From contig CAVWVI010000004.1 in assembly GCA_963758495.1 (NCBI GenBank), positions 352,001-416,000 of the forward strand: a stretch of DNA of 64,000 nt. The letters are read 5' to 3'. The DNA is from Oligoflexia bacterium (GTDB lineage: Bacteria; Bdellovibrionota; UBA1018). Both the position numbers and the translations under genes were made by a program. Below the pieces are notes generated by a model, which had not been told where the DNA came from, ran no database searches, and worked only from the letters and a program-made list of their open reading frames with translations. Of the stretch, positions 1 to 10,227 are shown in pieces. Every line of letters starts with the position of its first letter. The stretch's first letter is position 1.

Positions 1-93
1 CTTCTTCTTTCCCCCAACGTCTTTTTCCTCGATCCGCTTAATAACGGCGAGTCCATGAGCAGGATAAACCGCACTGTCACCGACTTTGAACAT
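1..93 (-). CDS. carD: CarD family transcriptional regulator, N-terminal part (runs off window start)
   Basis: Not in ORF track. Reverse translation from ATG at 93 gives MFKVGDSAVYPAHGLAVIKRIEEKDVGGKKK, the CarD/TRCF FKVGDxVVYPxHG motif; GGAGGT RBS at 101-106. Confidence 0.88.
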   Translation of the reverse strand, partial: MFKVGDSAVYPAHGLAVIKRIEEKDVGGKKK

Positions 94-411
94 GCTGATA
101 ACCTCCGACAACAACTACTACTACTTCTTCTCTACCAAAAAAGAATACCTAAAGTGAGGCACCTAGCTATTGGGCTAGTTTTTGGAAGGTCAGAATTTTG
201 ACCCGCGTAAGATTATCATATGAAGTCCCATAAAGTCAATTACAATAATCACCTAACCACTTCACGTAAGTGCCTGAAAATACAGCTTATTATCCATACT
301 TTATGCAACTTTACTAGAACTTTGAATTTAAGGCAAAAAACCATCCTCATTTTAGATCATTTCAAAACCTGAGTTCTTGATATAGGTCGCTTGACAGATT
401 AAGTATAAAAA

Positions 412-1953
412 ATGATAAACTCCGTTTTAGATAGTAGTCACGTAAGTGAATTACTTGATCTTCTGAATGTTATTATTTGGCTAACTGAAGGCCCCGCTTT
501 GCGTATTAAGCACATCGGAAAGCAGACCATTACCGCGTTAGGTTATTCATCTCATGAATGGAATCAAGACCCTAACTTTTGGCTCAACCATCTTCATCCA
601 GAAGAAAAAACGAGCATGTTGGAGCTATTTCGATCTGTAAAAATGGATGGAAAAAATCGCAACTGCATTCACCGCTTCCTGAATTATCACGGTGAATACC
701 TTTGGTTTTCAACTAGCCTACGTGGGATTGCAAAAATTAAAAAAAATAAAGCACAGATCCACACTGAAGAGTACGAATTACTGGGCATGATGGTCAATAG
801 TACTGAAAGAATGAAAACTATAGGATTCTTAACTGAGAACGAACCCTTACTCCAAAACTTAATCGAACAGCTCCCTGCCGTGATTTGGACCACCAATCGG
901 GAATTACAATTTACTTCAAGTTCAGGAGCAGGCTTAGCTAAATTAGGATTGCAACCTAATATGTTAGTAGGACAATCCCTATTTGAATACCTTCGCACCG
1001 ATAACCCAAATCACGAAGTCATTATAAATCTCAAAAAGAGCCTTGAAGAAGACATTTTATGCAAATGGGAATATAATTGGCTAGGGCGAGATTTTCAATT
1101 TTATACAAAACCCTTTCGAGATGTGAATCATACGGTCATAGGGGTACTTAATATCTCACTCGACGTTACTGACCAAAAACAAGCAGAAAAGGAACGGGAT
1201 CGTCTTTTCATTTTAGAACGAGAGGCTCGCACTGCAACTGAAATCGCATTACTTCAAGCTAAAGAAGCATTAAAAATTAGAGATGAATTTCTCTCAATGA
1301 CTTCTCACGAACTACGCACCCCTCTCACTACCATTCAATTGGTTATAGAATATTTACAATCTAGAGCAGCAAATGAAATTCCTCTGCCGCTCACACACCT
1401 CCTCAAAACTGCCGAAACGGAAGTGAATCGACTGTCCCGCTTCGTCAGTGACCTTTTGGATACTTCCAAAATCCGAAATGGAAAACTTGAAATCAATAGG
1501 GATAAAATAGATCTCACTTTTATCACAAATGAGATTGTACAAAGATTTCGCCATAGCATAAAACAATCTGAGACCACTACCCTCATCTTTAATATAACAG
1601 AACCCGTAATTGGATACTGGGACGGCTTTCGTATTGACCAGGTCATCACAAATCTAATCAGTAATGCTATTAAATTTGGAGCAGGAAAGCCTATTAAAAT
1701 CCACATATCCATTCATGAGCAGACCGCAGTATTGAAAGTTACTGATCATGGCATTGGAGTTTCAAAAGAGAATTTTAAAAAAATTTTTAAACAATACCAA
1801 AGAGGCGTTTCATCTAAACAATACAGCGGCCTCGGACTAGGACTCTTTATTGCACAATCTATCGTCAACGCCCATGAGGGTAAAATTCATGTCGAGAGCC
1901 AACCCAATGTAGAAACCACCTTCACTGTTGAACTCCCTCTCAATCATAAGTAG
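412..1953 (+). CDS. Cytoplasmic PAS-PAS sensor histidine kinase
   Basis: Two PAS-like regions (HLHPEE; LIEQLPAVIWTT), H-box SHELRTPL, N-box NLISNAIKF, G boxes DHGIG and GLGLGL; no TM helix. Confidence 0.92.
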   Translation: MINSVLDSSHVSELLDLLNVIIWLTEGPALRIKHIGKQTITALGYSSHEWNQDPNFWLNHLHPEEKTSMLELFRSVKMDGKNRNCIHRFLNYHGEYLWFSTSLRGIAKIKKNKAQIHTEEYELLGMMVNSTERMKTIGFLTENEPLLQNLIEQLPAVIWTTNRELQFTSSSGAGLAKLGLQPNMLVGQSLFEYLRTDNPNHEVIINLKKSLEEDILCKWEYNWLGRDFQFYTKPFRDVNHTVIGVLNISLDVTDQKQAEKERDRLFILEREARTATEIALLQAKEALKIRDEFLSMTSHELRTPLTTIQLVIEYLQSRAANEIPLPLTHLLKTAETEVNRLSRFVSDLLDTSKIRNGKLEINRDKIDLTFITNEIVQRFRHSIKQSETTTLIFNITEPVIGYWDGFRIDQVITNLISNAIKFGAGKPIKIHISIHEQTAVLKVTDHGIGVSKENFKKIFKQYQRGVSSKQYSGLGLGLFIAQSIVNAHEGKIHVESQPNVETTFTVELPLNHK

Positions 1954-1960
1954 TTGCTTT

Positions 1961-2290
1961 TTAATTGTTGCTAAAAGCCAAAAGCTGACGAGCCAGAACT
2001 GAAGCTTTTTCAATTGATACCTTAATTTGCTCAGCATATTTTTTTGAAAAACTACCTTCAGGCTCGTAATATAGAATAGCTTCATTCTTGAGCATAATTG
2101 TTGTTAAAATATTATTAAAATCATGAGCTATGCCCGCTACCCTTTGCTCGATTGTCTCAGTTTTCTGAGCTTGAATCAATTTCTGCTTACATTCCTGTAG
2201 AGCTGATTCACCTGCTATGAGCTCACGTTTCAAAATAAGACAATACTCATCTGAATCTTCTACAAAAGGTTCATGAAGTGAAATTTCCAT
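1961..2290 (-). pseudogene. Truncated histidine kinase fragment (HisKA only, no ATPase domain)
   Basis: QAQKTET...AGIAHDFNNIL...ARQLLAFS is the CckA/NtrB-type HisKA segment; the ORF stops right after it, abutting the end of the convergent kinase. Confidence 0.7.
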
Positions 2291-2376
2291 AAATACACCA
2301 TCTATAAGAGAATCAATTTTAGATCAAAAGATAATTCTCTTACTATGAGTTAAGAAATCTTAACTTGCATATTGCC

Positions 2377-3129
2377 TTAACTATGTTCTTTGAGATCTAT
2401 GTGATCACCTAATAGTCTATAATTATTAGGAGGATTGAATTGAATCACTAAGTTAAGGCTTACGAGTTTTTTCCTCAAGTTAAAGAGATGGACGTCTAAT
2501 GCCTTAGAGGATACTTTTGTCTCTCTCCAAACTTCGGATTGAATTCTTTGGCGTGAAATCATTTGACCTCGTGAACGATGAAGTACTGAAAAAATCTGCA
2601 ATTCTCTCGCAGTAAGTTGCGCAAAAATATGATTACCTCTTTTAAGTGCAAGAGTTTCAGGTTCAAACGTAAAGTTTTCGGCCGCTCCATCGATTATGCT
2701 GGAATTATTTTTTTTAAGGTGCCTCTCCGCCTTAACTATAAGTTCTATTTTTTTAAAAGGCTTAGTAAGATAATCAATTGCACCTTCATCAAAACAGGTA
2801 CGTAAAATATCAATATCATCATAAGAAGAGACAATAAGAAAAGGAATAGAAAGAAAACGAGGTATATTTTCACGACCTAAAAATTCCAAAAAGTTCCCAT
2901 CAGGAAGTCTTAAATCAGCAATTAATAACTCCGGCAACGAATAAGTCTCATTCCCTTTTTCAATACTGCTATTAATAAGAGCCAATTGAAGTTCTTCCAA
3001 CGTTGAAAAAACATTCAACTGGTACCGAATATCAAAGATTTCATGATACACAAATATGGTTTCTGGATCATCTTCTAGTATCCAGATGCGACTATCTCCT
3101 TTCACAAATTTCCTCCGATTCAGAGGCAC
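2377..3129 (-). CDS. OmpR-family response regulator (Rec + winged helix); probable start GTG at 3105
   Basis: ILEDD, ADLRLPDG, DYLTKPF receiver motifs; C-terminal LTARE...ALDVHLFNLRKKL Trans_reg_C. Confidence 0.9.
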   Translation of the reverse strand: MPLNRRKFVKGDSRIWILEDDPETIFVYHEIFDIRYQLNVFSTLEELQLALINSSIEKGNETYSLPELLIADLRLPDGNFLEFLGRENIPRFLSIPFLIVSSYDDIDILRTCFDEGAIDYLTKPFKKIELIVKAERHLKKNNSSIIDGAAENFTFEPETLALKRGNHIFAQLTARELQIFSVLHRSRGQMISRQRIQSEVWRETKVSSKALDVHLFNLRKKLVSLNLVIQFNPPNNYRLLGDHIDLKEHS

Positions 3130-4138
3130 TCAATCTTAAAACTGGAGTTAAAGGAGATTCCGCTTTTAATGTTAACAACAGATGAGTTCCTGGGGACTTT
3201 GTTGATTTCACTAAGGACAACTGTCCACCGTTCAATTCAACTAATCTTTTGGTCAAACGAAGCCCTAATCCTGCCTTTGCTCTATTTACGGAGACTTGGG
3301 GAATTTGAAATACTGTCACTTCATCAAACTTCTCTTGAGACATTCCTGTCCCATTATCACAAATTGAAATTTCAACCCAATCTGAATTTATTGATAATTT
3401 TTCAATTCTAATTTCTGGTTTATCTATTACATTTGAAATCAAGTTATCAACCGCATTTCTATATATATTATCTAATATATGAATAATATCAATTTGAGAT
3501 ACCTTTAACCGAAGAGACTCTAAAGAGGGATCAATTGAAAAACAAATTGAATTAAAATCTAACGCTCTCATTTGAAGCTTCAATAACTTCAAGACATGCT
3601 GATGCGCTTCGATAAAAGAAACAAAAGATGTACTTGCTAAAGGATTTATTAGCCGTGCCCTCAAAGAAATAATCAATTGTATTGCCCGATCATTATTTCT
3701 ATATATTCTAGTTAAATAATCTTTTAACCGAGACGAAGTAAGATTATCCAAAAGCTCGCTCGCACAGAACTGAATCACATGTAAAGGACCGCTTAAGTCA
3801 TGCGCAACAAGAGCAGCTATTTCTCCAATAGCTTGCAAACGAACTTGACTTACTTCCTGTGCTATTATTGTAGATGATTCTTGCCCATTTTGATCGAGTT
3901 GATTTCGCCGCTCCATGCCTCTCATAAAATACAATCGATCTAAATACACTACACGAAAACACAGAAAACAAGTAATAATACCTACAAAACCAATTCTAAA
4001 ACTCAAAGCTGTTGCATTCATATATTGAATTGAAAAAACAACCACAACTACAACAGTAGCGAGATCGGTAGCGACGAACAGAGCCCAACCGCACGGGCTC
4101 AGATATTTCACAAGTCTCTTAAAACCATCCATCATCAC
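3092..4138 (-). CDS. Membrane sensor histidine kinase
   Basis: Two N-terminal TM segments, AHDLSGPL H-box, NAVD, DNGTGM and GLGL boxes; overlaps the response regulator gene. Confidence 0.88.
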   Translation of the reverse strand: MMMDGFKRLVKYLSPCGWALFVATDLATVVVVVVFSIQYMNATALSFRIGFVGIITCFLCFRVVYLDRLYFMRGMERRNQLDQNGQESSTIIAQEVSQVRLQAIGEIAALVAHDLSGPLHVIQFCASELLDNLTSSRLKDYLTRIYRNNDRAIQLIISLRARLINPLASTSFVSFIEAHQHVLKLLKLQMRALDFNSICFSIDPSLESLRLKVSQIDIIHILDNIYRNAVDNLISNVIDKPEIRIEKLSINSDWVEISICDNGTGMSQEKFDEVTVFQIPQVSVNRAKAGLGLRLTKRLVELNGGQLSLVKSTKSPGTHLLLTLKAESPLTPVLRLSASESEEICERR

Positions 4139-4330
4139 TATATATTATACTACATAGTAGATCGCTTTAATTAAATTTTCTTATTCACACCTGTAAAATC
4201 AATTCAATCAACTCGCGTCAAATAGGATCCAAATATAACAATAGAGGGCCGAAAAAATTATAACTTAATTATAACATTATTTCATTTAAGATTTCTTAAC
4301 CACCCCTAAAACACCGACTTCTTGAATCAT

Positions 4331-6118
4331 TCAATCCGTCAGACTGTCAAATGGATACTGTCCAATCTCATATGCTTTCGTAGCAATTAACTTCATTGCT
4401 TCATCATCATTCCTACTGATTGCTTTAAAATTACCTCGAATTCTTCGATTCGCGCGCATAAAAAATGCCTCCACAATTCCAAGTTCTATTTCACACTGAG
4501 AAACACCTTTTTTCTCCAGTGCTTGTGTAACCCGAGAAAGTAGACACGCCATAGCGTAAAAATCAATCGCTATATCGGCAACTCTCTTTTGGGCAAACTG
4601 GCGAAGAGCAATGCTTTTGCCATGCCGACGAAGTAGAACTTCGACTTGTGTGGCAAATTCTACCGTGTACTCTTCCAACACTCCAGCCAATTTTTTCAAG
4701 GCAGGATGAGATTTGGTTATAGTCTGACCCACAATATTTTGCTTTATCTTTCGAATTGCAAAATCACTGACAAGACCTATTCCTTTTAAAGGATACTTAA
4801 TTGCTTCCGCAAGTCCTGCAAGCTCCTGTCCGGGTTCCTGCATTCCAGCAAGAGCAATATAGGCACGAAGTATTTCATTAGTGCCCTCGAAAATTCGATT
4901 AATTCGCGCATCGCGAATATAGCGCTGAAAAGGATACTCTTCCATATACCCAGCACCAGCCCAAATCTGAAGAGTTTCATCCGTACACTCCCAAATCATT
5001 TCTGATGAAAAAACTTTTGCAATCGCACTTTCAATCGAGTAATCAACATCCTTTCGATCGATTAAGCCTGTGGTCATGTAGACCATACTCTCAGCCACGT
5101 AAATGTTCATCATCATGCGACCGATTTTTTCTTGAATCATCCCATATTCGCCAATTTTTTTCTGAAACTGAACACGCTCATTTGCATGGTCAATTGCAGC
5201 TTTAAGGGCTTTTTTTGCACCTCCCACACAGCCCGCAGCTAATCCGAGACGGCCATGATTGAGAACCCCCATGGCTACTTTAAATCCCTGCCCCACTCCA
5301 CCGACTACATTTTCAACAGGCACTTTAACTTGATCAAAATGAACTGCATTAGTCCACGAAGCACGAATCCCTAATTTATGTTCAGAAGGCCCTATAGAAA
5401 CCCCATCCGCAGGCAGTTCTAAAATAAAACAAGTTACTTTTTCTTTTTTACTGCCGTGATCTTCGACCTCTGTTTTAGCAAATACGGTCATAAAACTTGC
5501 AATACCCGCATTAGTAATCCAGAGCTTATTTCCTGTGATTAAATAGTATTTTCCATCTGCTGATAAAGTTGCTTTGGTTTTAATTGATGCAGCATCAGAT
5601 CCACTCCCCGGCTCCGTTAAGCAATAACATGCAAACAACTGCCCTGAGGCGAGCCTGGGTAAATACCGCTTTTTCTGTTCGTCTGTCCCAAACAAAAGGA
5701 GTGCCTTATATCCGATACTTTGATGGGCTCCGATAGTTGTTGCAAGTGAACCATCAATTCCACCGAATTCTTGCATAATTCGAGCGTAACCTGATTGAGG
5801 CAAACCCAATCCTTCTAACTCTTCAGGCACCGCTATGCCTAATACTCCAAGTTCTGCAAGGTAAGAGATCATCTCACGTGGCATCTCGCCCTTTTTATCC
5901 CACTCATCCGACTTAACTTGGTCACGCGCAAACTTTTCAACTGAATCAAGAATCATCCGTACATTATCAGTCGTATCTGCATTCATTCGTGGATAAGGAA
6001 ACAGGAGATCCTCTTGAATTTCCCCAAAAAATAAAGACTTCATAAAGCTATTTTGGACTCCAGAACTCATACCGTCTCCTTCATTCCTTTTGATTTCTTT
6101 TGATTCCTTTTGATCCAT
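4331..6118 (-). CDS. Acyl-CoA dehydrogenase, VLCAD/ACAD9-like (probable start 6070)
   Basis: CLTEPGSGSDA, KLWITN, KLGIRAS, RDARINRIFEGTNEI motifs plus long C-terminal extension; AGGAG RBS before ATG at 6070. Confidence 0.93.
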   Translation of the reverse strand: MDQKESKEIKRNEGDGMSSGVQNSFMKSLFFGEIQEDLLFPYPRMNADTTDNVRMILDSVEKFARDQVKSDEWDKKGEMPREMISYLAELGVLGIAVPEELEGLGLPQSGYARIMQEFGGIDGSLATTIGAHQSIGYKALLLFGTDEQKKRYLPRLASGQLFACYCLTEPGSGSDAASIKTKATLSADGKYYLITGNKLWITNAGIASFMTVFAKTEVEDHGSKKEKVTCFILELPADGVSIGPSEHKLGIRASWTNAVHFDQVKVPVENVVGGVGQGFKVAMGVLNHGRLGLAAGCVGGAKKALKAAIDHANERVQFQKKIGEYGMIQEKIGRMMMNIYVAESMVYMTTGLIDRKDVDYSIESAIAKVFSSEMIWECTDETLQIWAGAGYMEEYPFQRYIRDARINRIFEGTNEILRAYIALAGMQEPGQELAGLAEAIKYPLKGIGLVSDFAIRKIKQNIVGQTITKSHPALKKLAGVLEEYTVEFATQVEVLLRRHGKSIALRQFAQKRVADIAIDFYAMACLLSRVTQALEKKGVSQCEIELGIVEAFFMRANRRIRGNFKAISRNDDEAMKLIATKAYEIGQYPFDSLTD

Positions 6119-6122
6119 GTCC

Positions 6123-6156
6123 AGTACTTATCAACAGCCCTAAAGGAACTGCTTAC
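6123..6156 (-). repeat. REP-like GTAAG family element, extended form
   Basis: Minus strand GTAAGCAGTTCCTTTAGGGCTGTTGATAAGTACT aligns with 55197-55230 GTAAGTAGCTCCTTCAGGGTTGTTGACAAGCACT. Confidence 0.75.
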
Positions 6157-6179
6157 AGTCAAATACTACAATGAGCGAA

Positions 6180-6235
6180 CTCTGACAATTTGTCTTCGTA
6201 ATTTAGCGAACAACGCCTCCTCTGACAATTTGTCA
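6180..6235. promoter_or_regulatory. Tandem palindromic sites, candidate upstream activator sequences for a sigma-54 enhancer-binding protein
   Basis: CTCTGACAATTTGTC at 6180-6194 and 6220-6234 (40-bp period), each with palindromic GACAA-T-TTGTC, 130-180 bp upstream of the sigma-54 promoter. Confidence 0.65.
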
Positions 6236-6360
6236 AAATAATGAGTAGCCTACGTGAGTAAGTTCACATTACTTTCAAATTCATTCTTACGAACCATTAA
6301 AATCATTCAGATTTTTCTATTAAAGGCAATATCACGTCATCAACAAAAAAATAAATAAAT

Positions 6361-6377
6361 TTGGCACTACTCTTGCG
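6361..6377 (+). promoter_or_regulatory. sigma-54 (-24/-12) promoter of the gsp operon
   Basis: TTGGCAC-TACTC-TTGC, a perfect TGGCAC-N5-TTGC match just upstream of gspC. Confidence 0.82.
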
Positions 6378-6394
6378 TTATAACAGAGATAGTC

Positions 6395-7492
6395 ATGAAC
6401 GAAGAACGCCCCGAACTCAACAACTCTGATCAGCCGCCTCTTCCAATTTCAAAAACATCGACTTTGGAAGGTTCTCCAAATAAGCTCAATTGGAAAAGCC
6501 AATTCCAAGAACTCAAAACAAAATTAATACAATCCCTCAATAAAGAGCGCTTACAGAAAGCAATCCAAAATTTCGATCCTCAAATGCTAGCAGATTGGGT
6601 ATCCAAAGCAGTCCAAAAACATGGACTCGGATTTTATGGGACGGTCGGCGCAATTGCATTGTCGACGTATTTTATCAGCGACCTCACTGCCTTAGTGGTA
6701 AGTGAATACATTCCCGCACCCAATAACAGCAGAAATACTAGAATGCGAAGTAATTTTCCCCATTTTAAATCTATCAATGACTATTCTAGTATTATTTCAA
6801 GAAATCTTTTTAATAGTCACGGATTAATTCCGGGAGAGGAAGAGAATACAGGTTCACCTAAAGATGCTGATTTAGGTGGTGCGCCTATCAAAACAACCCT
6901 CCCTTTAAATTTGATTGGCACATTAATCATGAGTAATGAACTCCGATCGATTGCTACTCTGGAGGACAAATCAGCATCCTTGGTTTACCCCGTCCAAGTA
7001 AACGATGAAATTCCAGGAAAAGTAAAAATCATTAAAATTGAACCTAAAAAAGTGATTTTCTTAAATAAAGCTTCATCTCGACGTGAATACGTTGAACTTC
7101 CCGATGATTCACAAAATCAAAACCCAAGGCTACTTTTAACAAAATCCAAGGGCGGTATAGAAAAAGTAGCTCCTACCCAGTTTAATGTCTCAAGAACTGA
7201 AGTGGACCGAGCTTTAGCTGATTTCAATAATATTTTAACCCAAGCTCGAGCTGTCCCTAACTTTGAAAATGGCATTGCAGCAGGCTATAAACTTTTTCAA
7301 ATCGTACCAGGCAGTATTTATGACAAATTGGGGCTTCAAAATGGAGATGTAATTACGGGTCTGAATGGACAACCCATGAACGATCCAGGAAAAGCATTTG
7401 AAATGCTCAATGAATTAAAAACGTCCAGTCACCTGGAACTCCAGGTCAAGAAGGACGGTAGACCAATCACTTATACTTATGACATTCACTAG
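6395..7492 (+). CDS. gspC: Type II secretion protein C (TM, HR and PDZ domains)
   Basis: TM helix, LNLIGTL HR domain, PDZ (GSIYDKLGLQNGDVITGLNG); first gene of the gsp cluster. Confidence 0.92.
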   Translation: MNEERPELNNSDQPPLPISKTSTLEGSPNKLNWKSQFQELKTKLIQSLNKERLQKAIQNFDPQMLADWVSKAVQKHGLGFYGTVGAIALSTYFISDLTALVVSEYIPAPNNSRNTRMRSNFPHFKSINDYSSIISRNLFNSHGLIPGEEENTGSPKDADLGGAPIKTTLPLNLIGTLIMSNELRSIATLEDKSASLVYPVQVNDEIPGKVKIIKIEPKKVIFLNKASSRREYVELPDDSQNQNPRLLLTKSKGGIEKVAPTQFNVSRTEVDRALADFNNILTQARAVPNFENGIAAGYKLFQIVPGSIYDKLGLQNGDVITGLNGQPMNDPGKAFEMLNELKTSSHLELQVKKDGRPITYTYDIH

Positions 7493-7503
7493 CGGGAGTA
7501 AGC

Positions 7504-10218
7504 ATGAACTCAATCCATAAACAACATAATGAAGAGAGCAGCGATCCATACTGGCTTGAGATATCAGCAAATCTCATGTGCTGGATTGGAATCGCAGGAT
7601 TGATTTTGCTGATTGCTCAAGTAGCATCTGCAGATCCTTCGCAGGGAAAAGGGGGTTACTTACCAGGAGCACGCCCCTTCGCTAATCCATTCATGGGTAG
7701 AAACGCCAATGAAGGCCTTCCTCCCAACGGTGCCCAGGGCATTCCTGGAAAGGGAAATTTTTTTGATGATGACGATGACGACGATGATGACGATTTTGGT
7801 GGATTCAGCGGTTTCAACGAACCTCCACAAGCCAATCCAAACCTAACGAGAACTCTAGACAATCAATCCAAATCTCGTGCATTCTCGGCAGGTGGCGAAG
7901 CTAACAGTGGGCCTACACCCATCATTACCGATAAAGGTATTTCAGTGGGTGGATCTTCTGCCAATGGTGTCGTTTCTTCCAATCAGAAAATGCCCCCCCT
8001 TCGTATTGATGATGAGACAGCAGAGGGAAGTAAAGACCTTGTTACGGATTTCAATTTTCCCGATGCTGATATCTTAGACATTGCTAAAACCCTTGGGAAA
8101 CTTACGGGCAAAAATTTCATTTTAGATAAAGATGTCAAAGGAAGAATCACCATTATTTCTAACTCCCCTATTACTGTCGGAGAAGCCTGGAAAGTATTCC
8201 TGACAGCGTTGGACATTAATGGTTTTGCATTGATTCCTTCTGGAAAATATCTCCGAATAGCACGACAAAGAGATGCTCGCGATAAACAGCTTAAAACTTA
8301 TACGGGTGATTTCTCTCCCGACACAGATGCGCTGATTACCCGCGTATTTCCACTAAAATACATCAGTGCCGAAGAAGTTGCCCGTACTTTTAGAAGCTTC
8401 ATGCCAGCCAATGCTCGGATTATTCCTTACGAACAAACTAACACAGTTATCGTCACTGATACGGGCTCCAATATTTCAAAGCTCTCTAAGATGCTCGAAA
8501 TTTTAGACGTGGAAGGTTATGACGCTGGAATCGAAGTGGTTCCAGTAAAATATGCTTCTGCAGCCGAACTCTCCAAGCTCATTGATGCCCTCATACCAGG
8601 AACCTCTACAACCAGCACTACAGGAGGTTCCGGCATGCCACGATTTGGTGGAAGCAGTGGCAGTAAATTTGGCGCAAGGAAAACTAAAGAAGGTGGCATC
8701 ATCAATACGGTGATTCCAGATGAACGAACGAATACCTTAATCATCCACGCAAACACAAAAGGGGCTGATCAAGTTCGAGAATTGGTAGCTAAACTGGATC
8801 AAAAGCTTCCTACCTCTACGGGAGGTGGAAAAGTACATGTCATCTATCTTCAGTTTGCAGATGCAGAACAACTCGCTAATACTCTCAATAATTTTTCATC
8901 GCAAAGCTCAACGGGAGCAGGACGGCCACCTGGAATGGGTAGCTCTAGTGGCTCTTCTGGAACAGGAACAAATCCTAATTCTGCTTCTCTTTTTGAGGGT
9001 GCCATTAAAATTTCTCCCGATAAAGCAACCAACGCTCTTGTCGTCACGGCTTCTCCATCGGACTTTGTTACTGTAAATCGAGTCATCAATCGACTCGATA
9101 TCCCAAGAGACCAAGTTTATATTGAAGTAGTCATTATGGAAGTTTCCGTGGGAAGCAACTTCAATTTTTCATCAAACATATTGAGTCTTCCTTCTCTTAT
9201 TGGTTCCATCACCAATAAAGACGATTTGGCAAGCATCATTTCAGGAAGTGGGACCGGCATCCCCATGGCTGGTGCTAATGGTGCAGTCATTGGATTTCCT
9301 CTCGGCAATCCGACGTCTGTCACTATTAATGGTCAAACGACCACAATATCCAGTGTTCAAGGACTCATTAAAGCAATTCAAGGAAATACTTCTTCGAACG
9401 TTTTAGCCACTCCTCAAATTATTGCGCTCGACAATTCGGAAGCAAATTTTGAATCTGCCGAAAAGATCCCCCTCCTTACTTCAACGGCAATTCAAGGAGC
9501 TGGAGTTTCAACTTCCATTACCAAAGAGTCCGTTGCAGTCTCTATTAAGATCAAGCCTCAAATTAATAAAATGTCGAATTTTATCAAACTCGATGTCACA
9601 ACCAAACTGGGTGACATTTCTAGTCGAGCACTCCCCAGTGCAGTTCAAGGGCAAGCCTTTGCTACCTTAGATCGAACCGCACAGACAACTGTCGTCGTGG
9701 GTGATTCTGATACAGTCGTTCTCGGTGGACTCATTCGTGATAAACAGGCCGATACGGTAAATAAAATCCCCATTCTTGGGGATATTCCTCTGCTAGGATG
9801 GCTTTTTAAATCCAAAATAACGTCTGTTGAAAAAAGTAATTTACTCATTTTCATGACTCCACATATTGTCAGGCAGTACGAGAAGATTCGGGCTATTTTG
9901 GATAGAAAACTTAAAGATCGAGATGATTTTATTGAAACTAATGCAGGAGGTGAAGATCCGTTACGCTCCCAAAGAGACGCAATTATTCGATCATTGCCGG
10001 ACATTAAAGAACTCACACAGAAACAACCTGTCACAACTATTACTATAGATGAGGAAAGTGGTCCTGCTGCCGTGCCTGTACCTATGCATACTCCTACTCC
10101 AACACCTACTCCAATACCTACTCCTACTCCAACGTCTACGACGCCAGGAGCGGAGTCGTTTCAGAGTACGCCAACAGCTATACCACCTCCTACCGCTCCT
10201 GCAGCAGGGCAAAATTAG
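7504..10218 (+). CDS. gspD: Type II secretion secretin D
   Basis: N0 FNFPDADI...LTGKNFILD, N-domains (LKYISAEEV, DERTNTLII), secretin core (KIPILGDIPLLGWLF, NLLIFMTPHIV). Confidence 0.96.
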   Translation: MNSIHKQHNEESSDPYWLEISANLMCWIGIAGLILLIAQVASADPSQGKGGYLPGARPFANPFMGRNANEGLPPNGAQGIPGKGNFFDDDDDDDDDDFGGFSGFNEPPQANPNLTRTLDNQSKSRAFSAGGEANSGPTPIITDKGISVGGSSANGVVSSNQKMPPLRIDDETAEGSKDLVTDFNFPDADILDIAKTLGKLTGKNFILDKDVKGRITIISNSPITVGEAWKVFLTALDINGFALIPSGKYLRIARQRDARDKQLKTYTGDFSPDTDALITRVFPLKYISAEEVARTFRSFMPANARIIPYEQTNTVIVTDTGSNISKLSKMLEILDVEGYDAGIEVVPVKYASAAELSKLIDALIPGTSTTSTTGGSGMPRFGGSSGSKFGARKTKEGGIINTVIPDERTNTLIIHANTKGADQVRELVAKLDQKLPTSTGGGKVHVIYLQFADAEQLANTLNNFSSQSSTGAGRPPGMGSSSGSSGTGTNPNSASLFEGAIKISPDKATNALVVTASPSDFVTVNRVINRLDIPRDQVYIEVVIMEVSVGSNFNFSSNILSLPSLIGSITNKDDLASIISGSGTGIPMAGANGAVIGFPLGNPTSVTINGQTTTISSVQGLIKAIQGNTSSNVLATPQIIALDNSEANFESAEKIPLLTSTAIQGAGVSTSITKESVAVSIKIKPQINKMSNFIKLDVTTKLGDISSRALPSAVQGQAFATLDRTAQTTVVVGDSDTVVLGGLIRDKQADTVNKIPILGDIPLLGWLFKSKITSVEKSNLLIFMTPHIVRQYEKIRAILDRKLKDRDDFIETNAGGEDPLRSQRDAIIRSLPDIKELTQKQPVTTITIDEESGPAAVPVPMHTPTPTPTPIPTPTPTSTTPGAESFQSTPTAIPPPTAPAAGQN

Positions 10219-10227
10219 AGGTTATCA

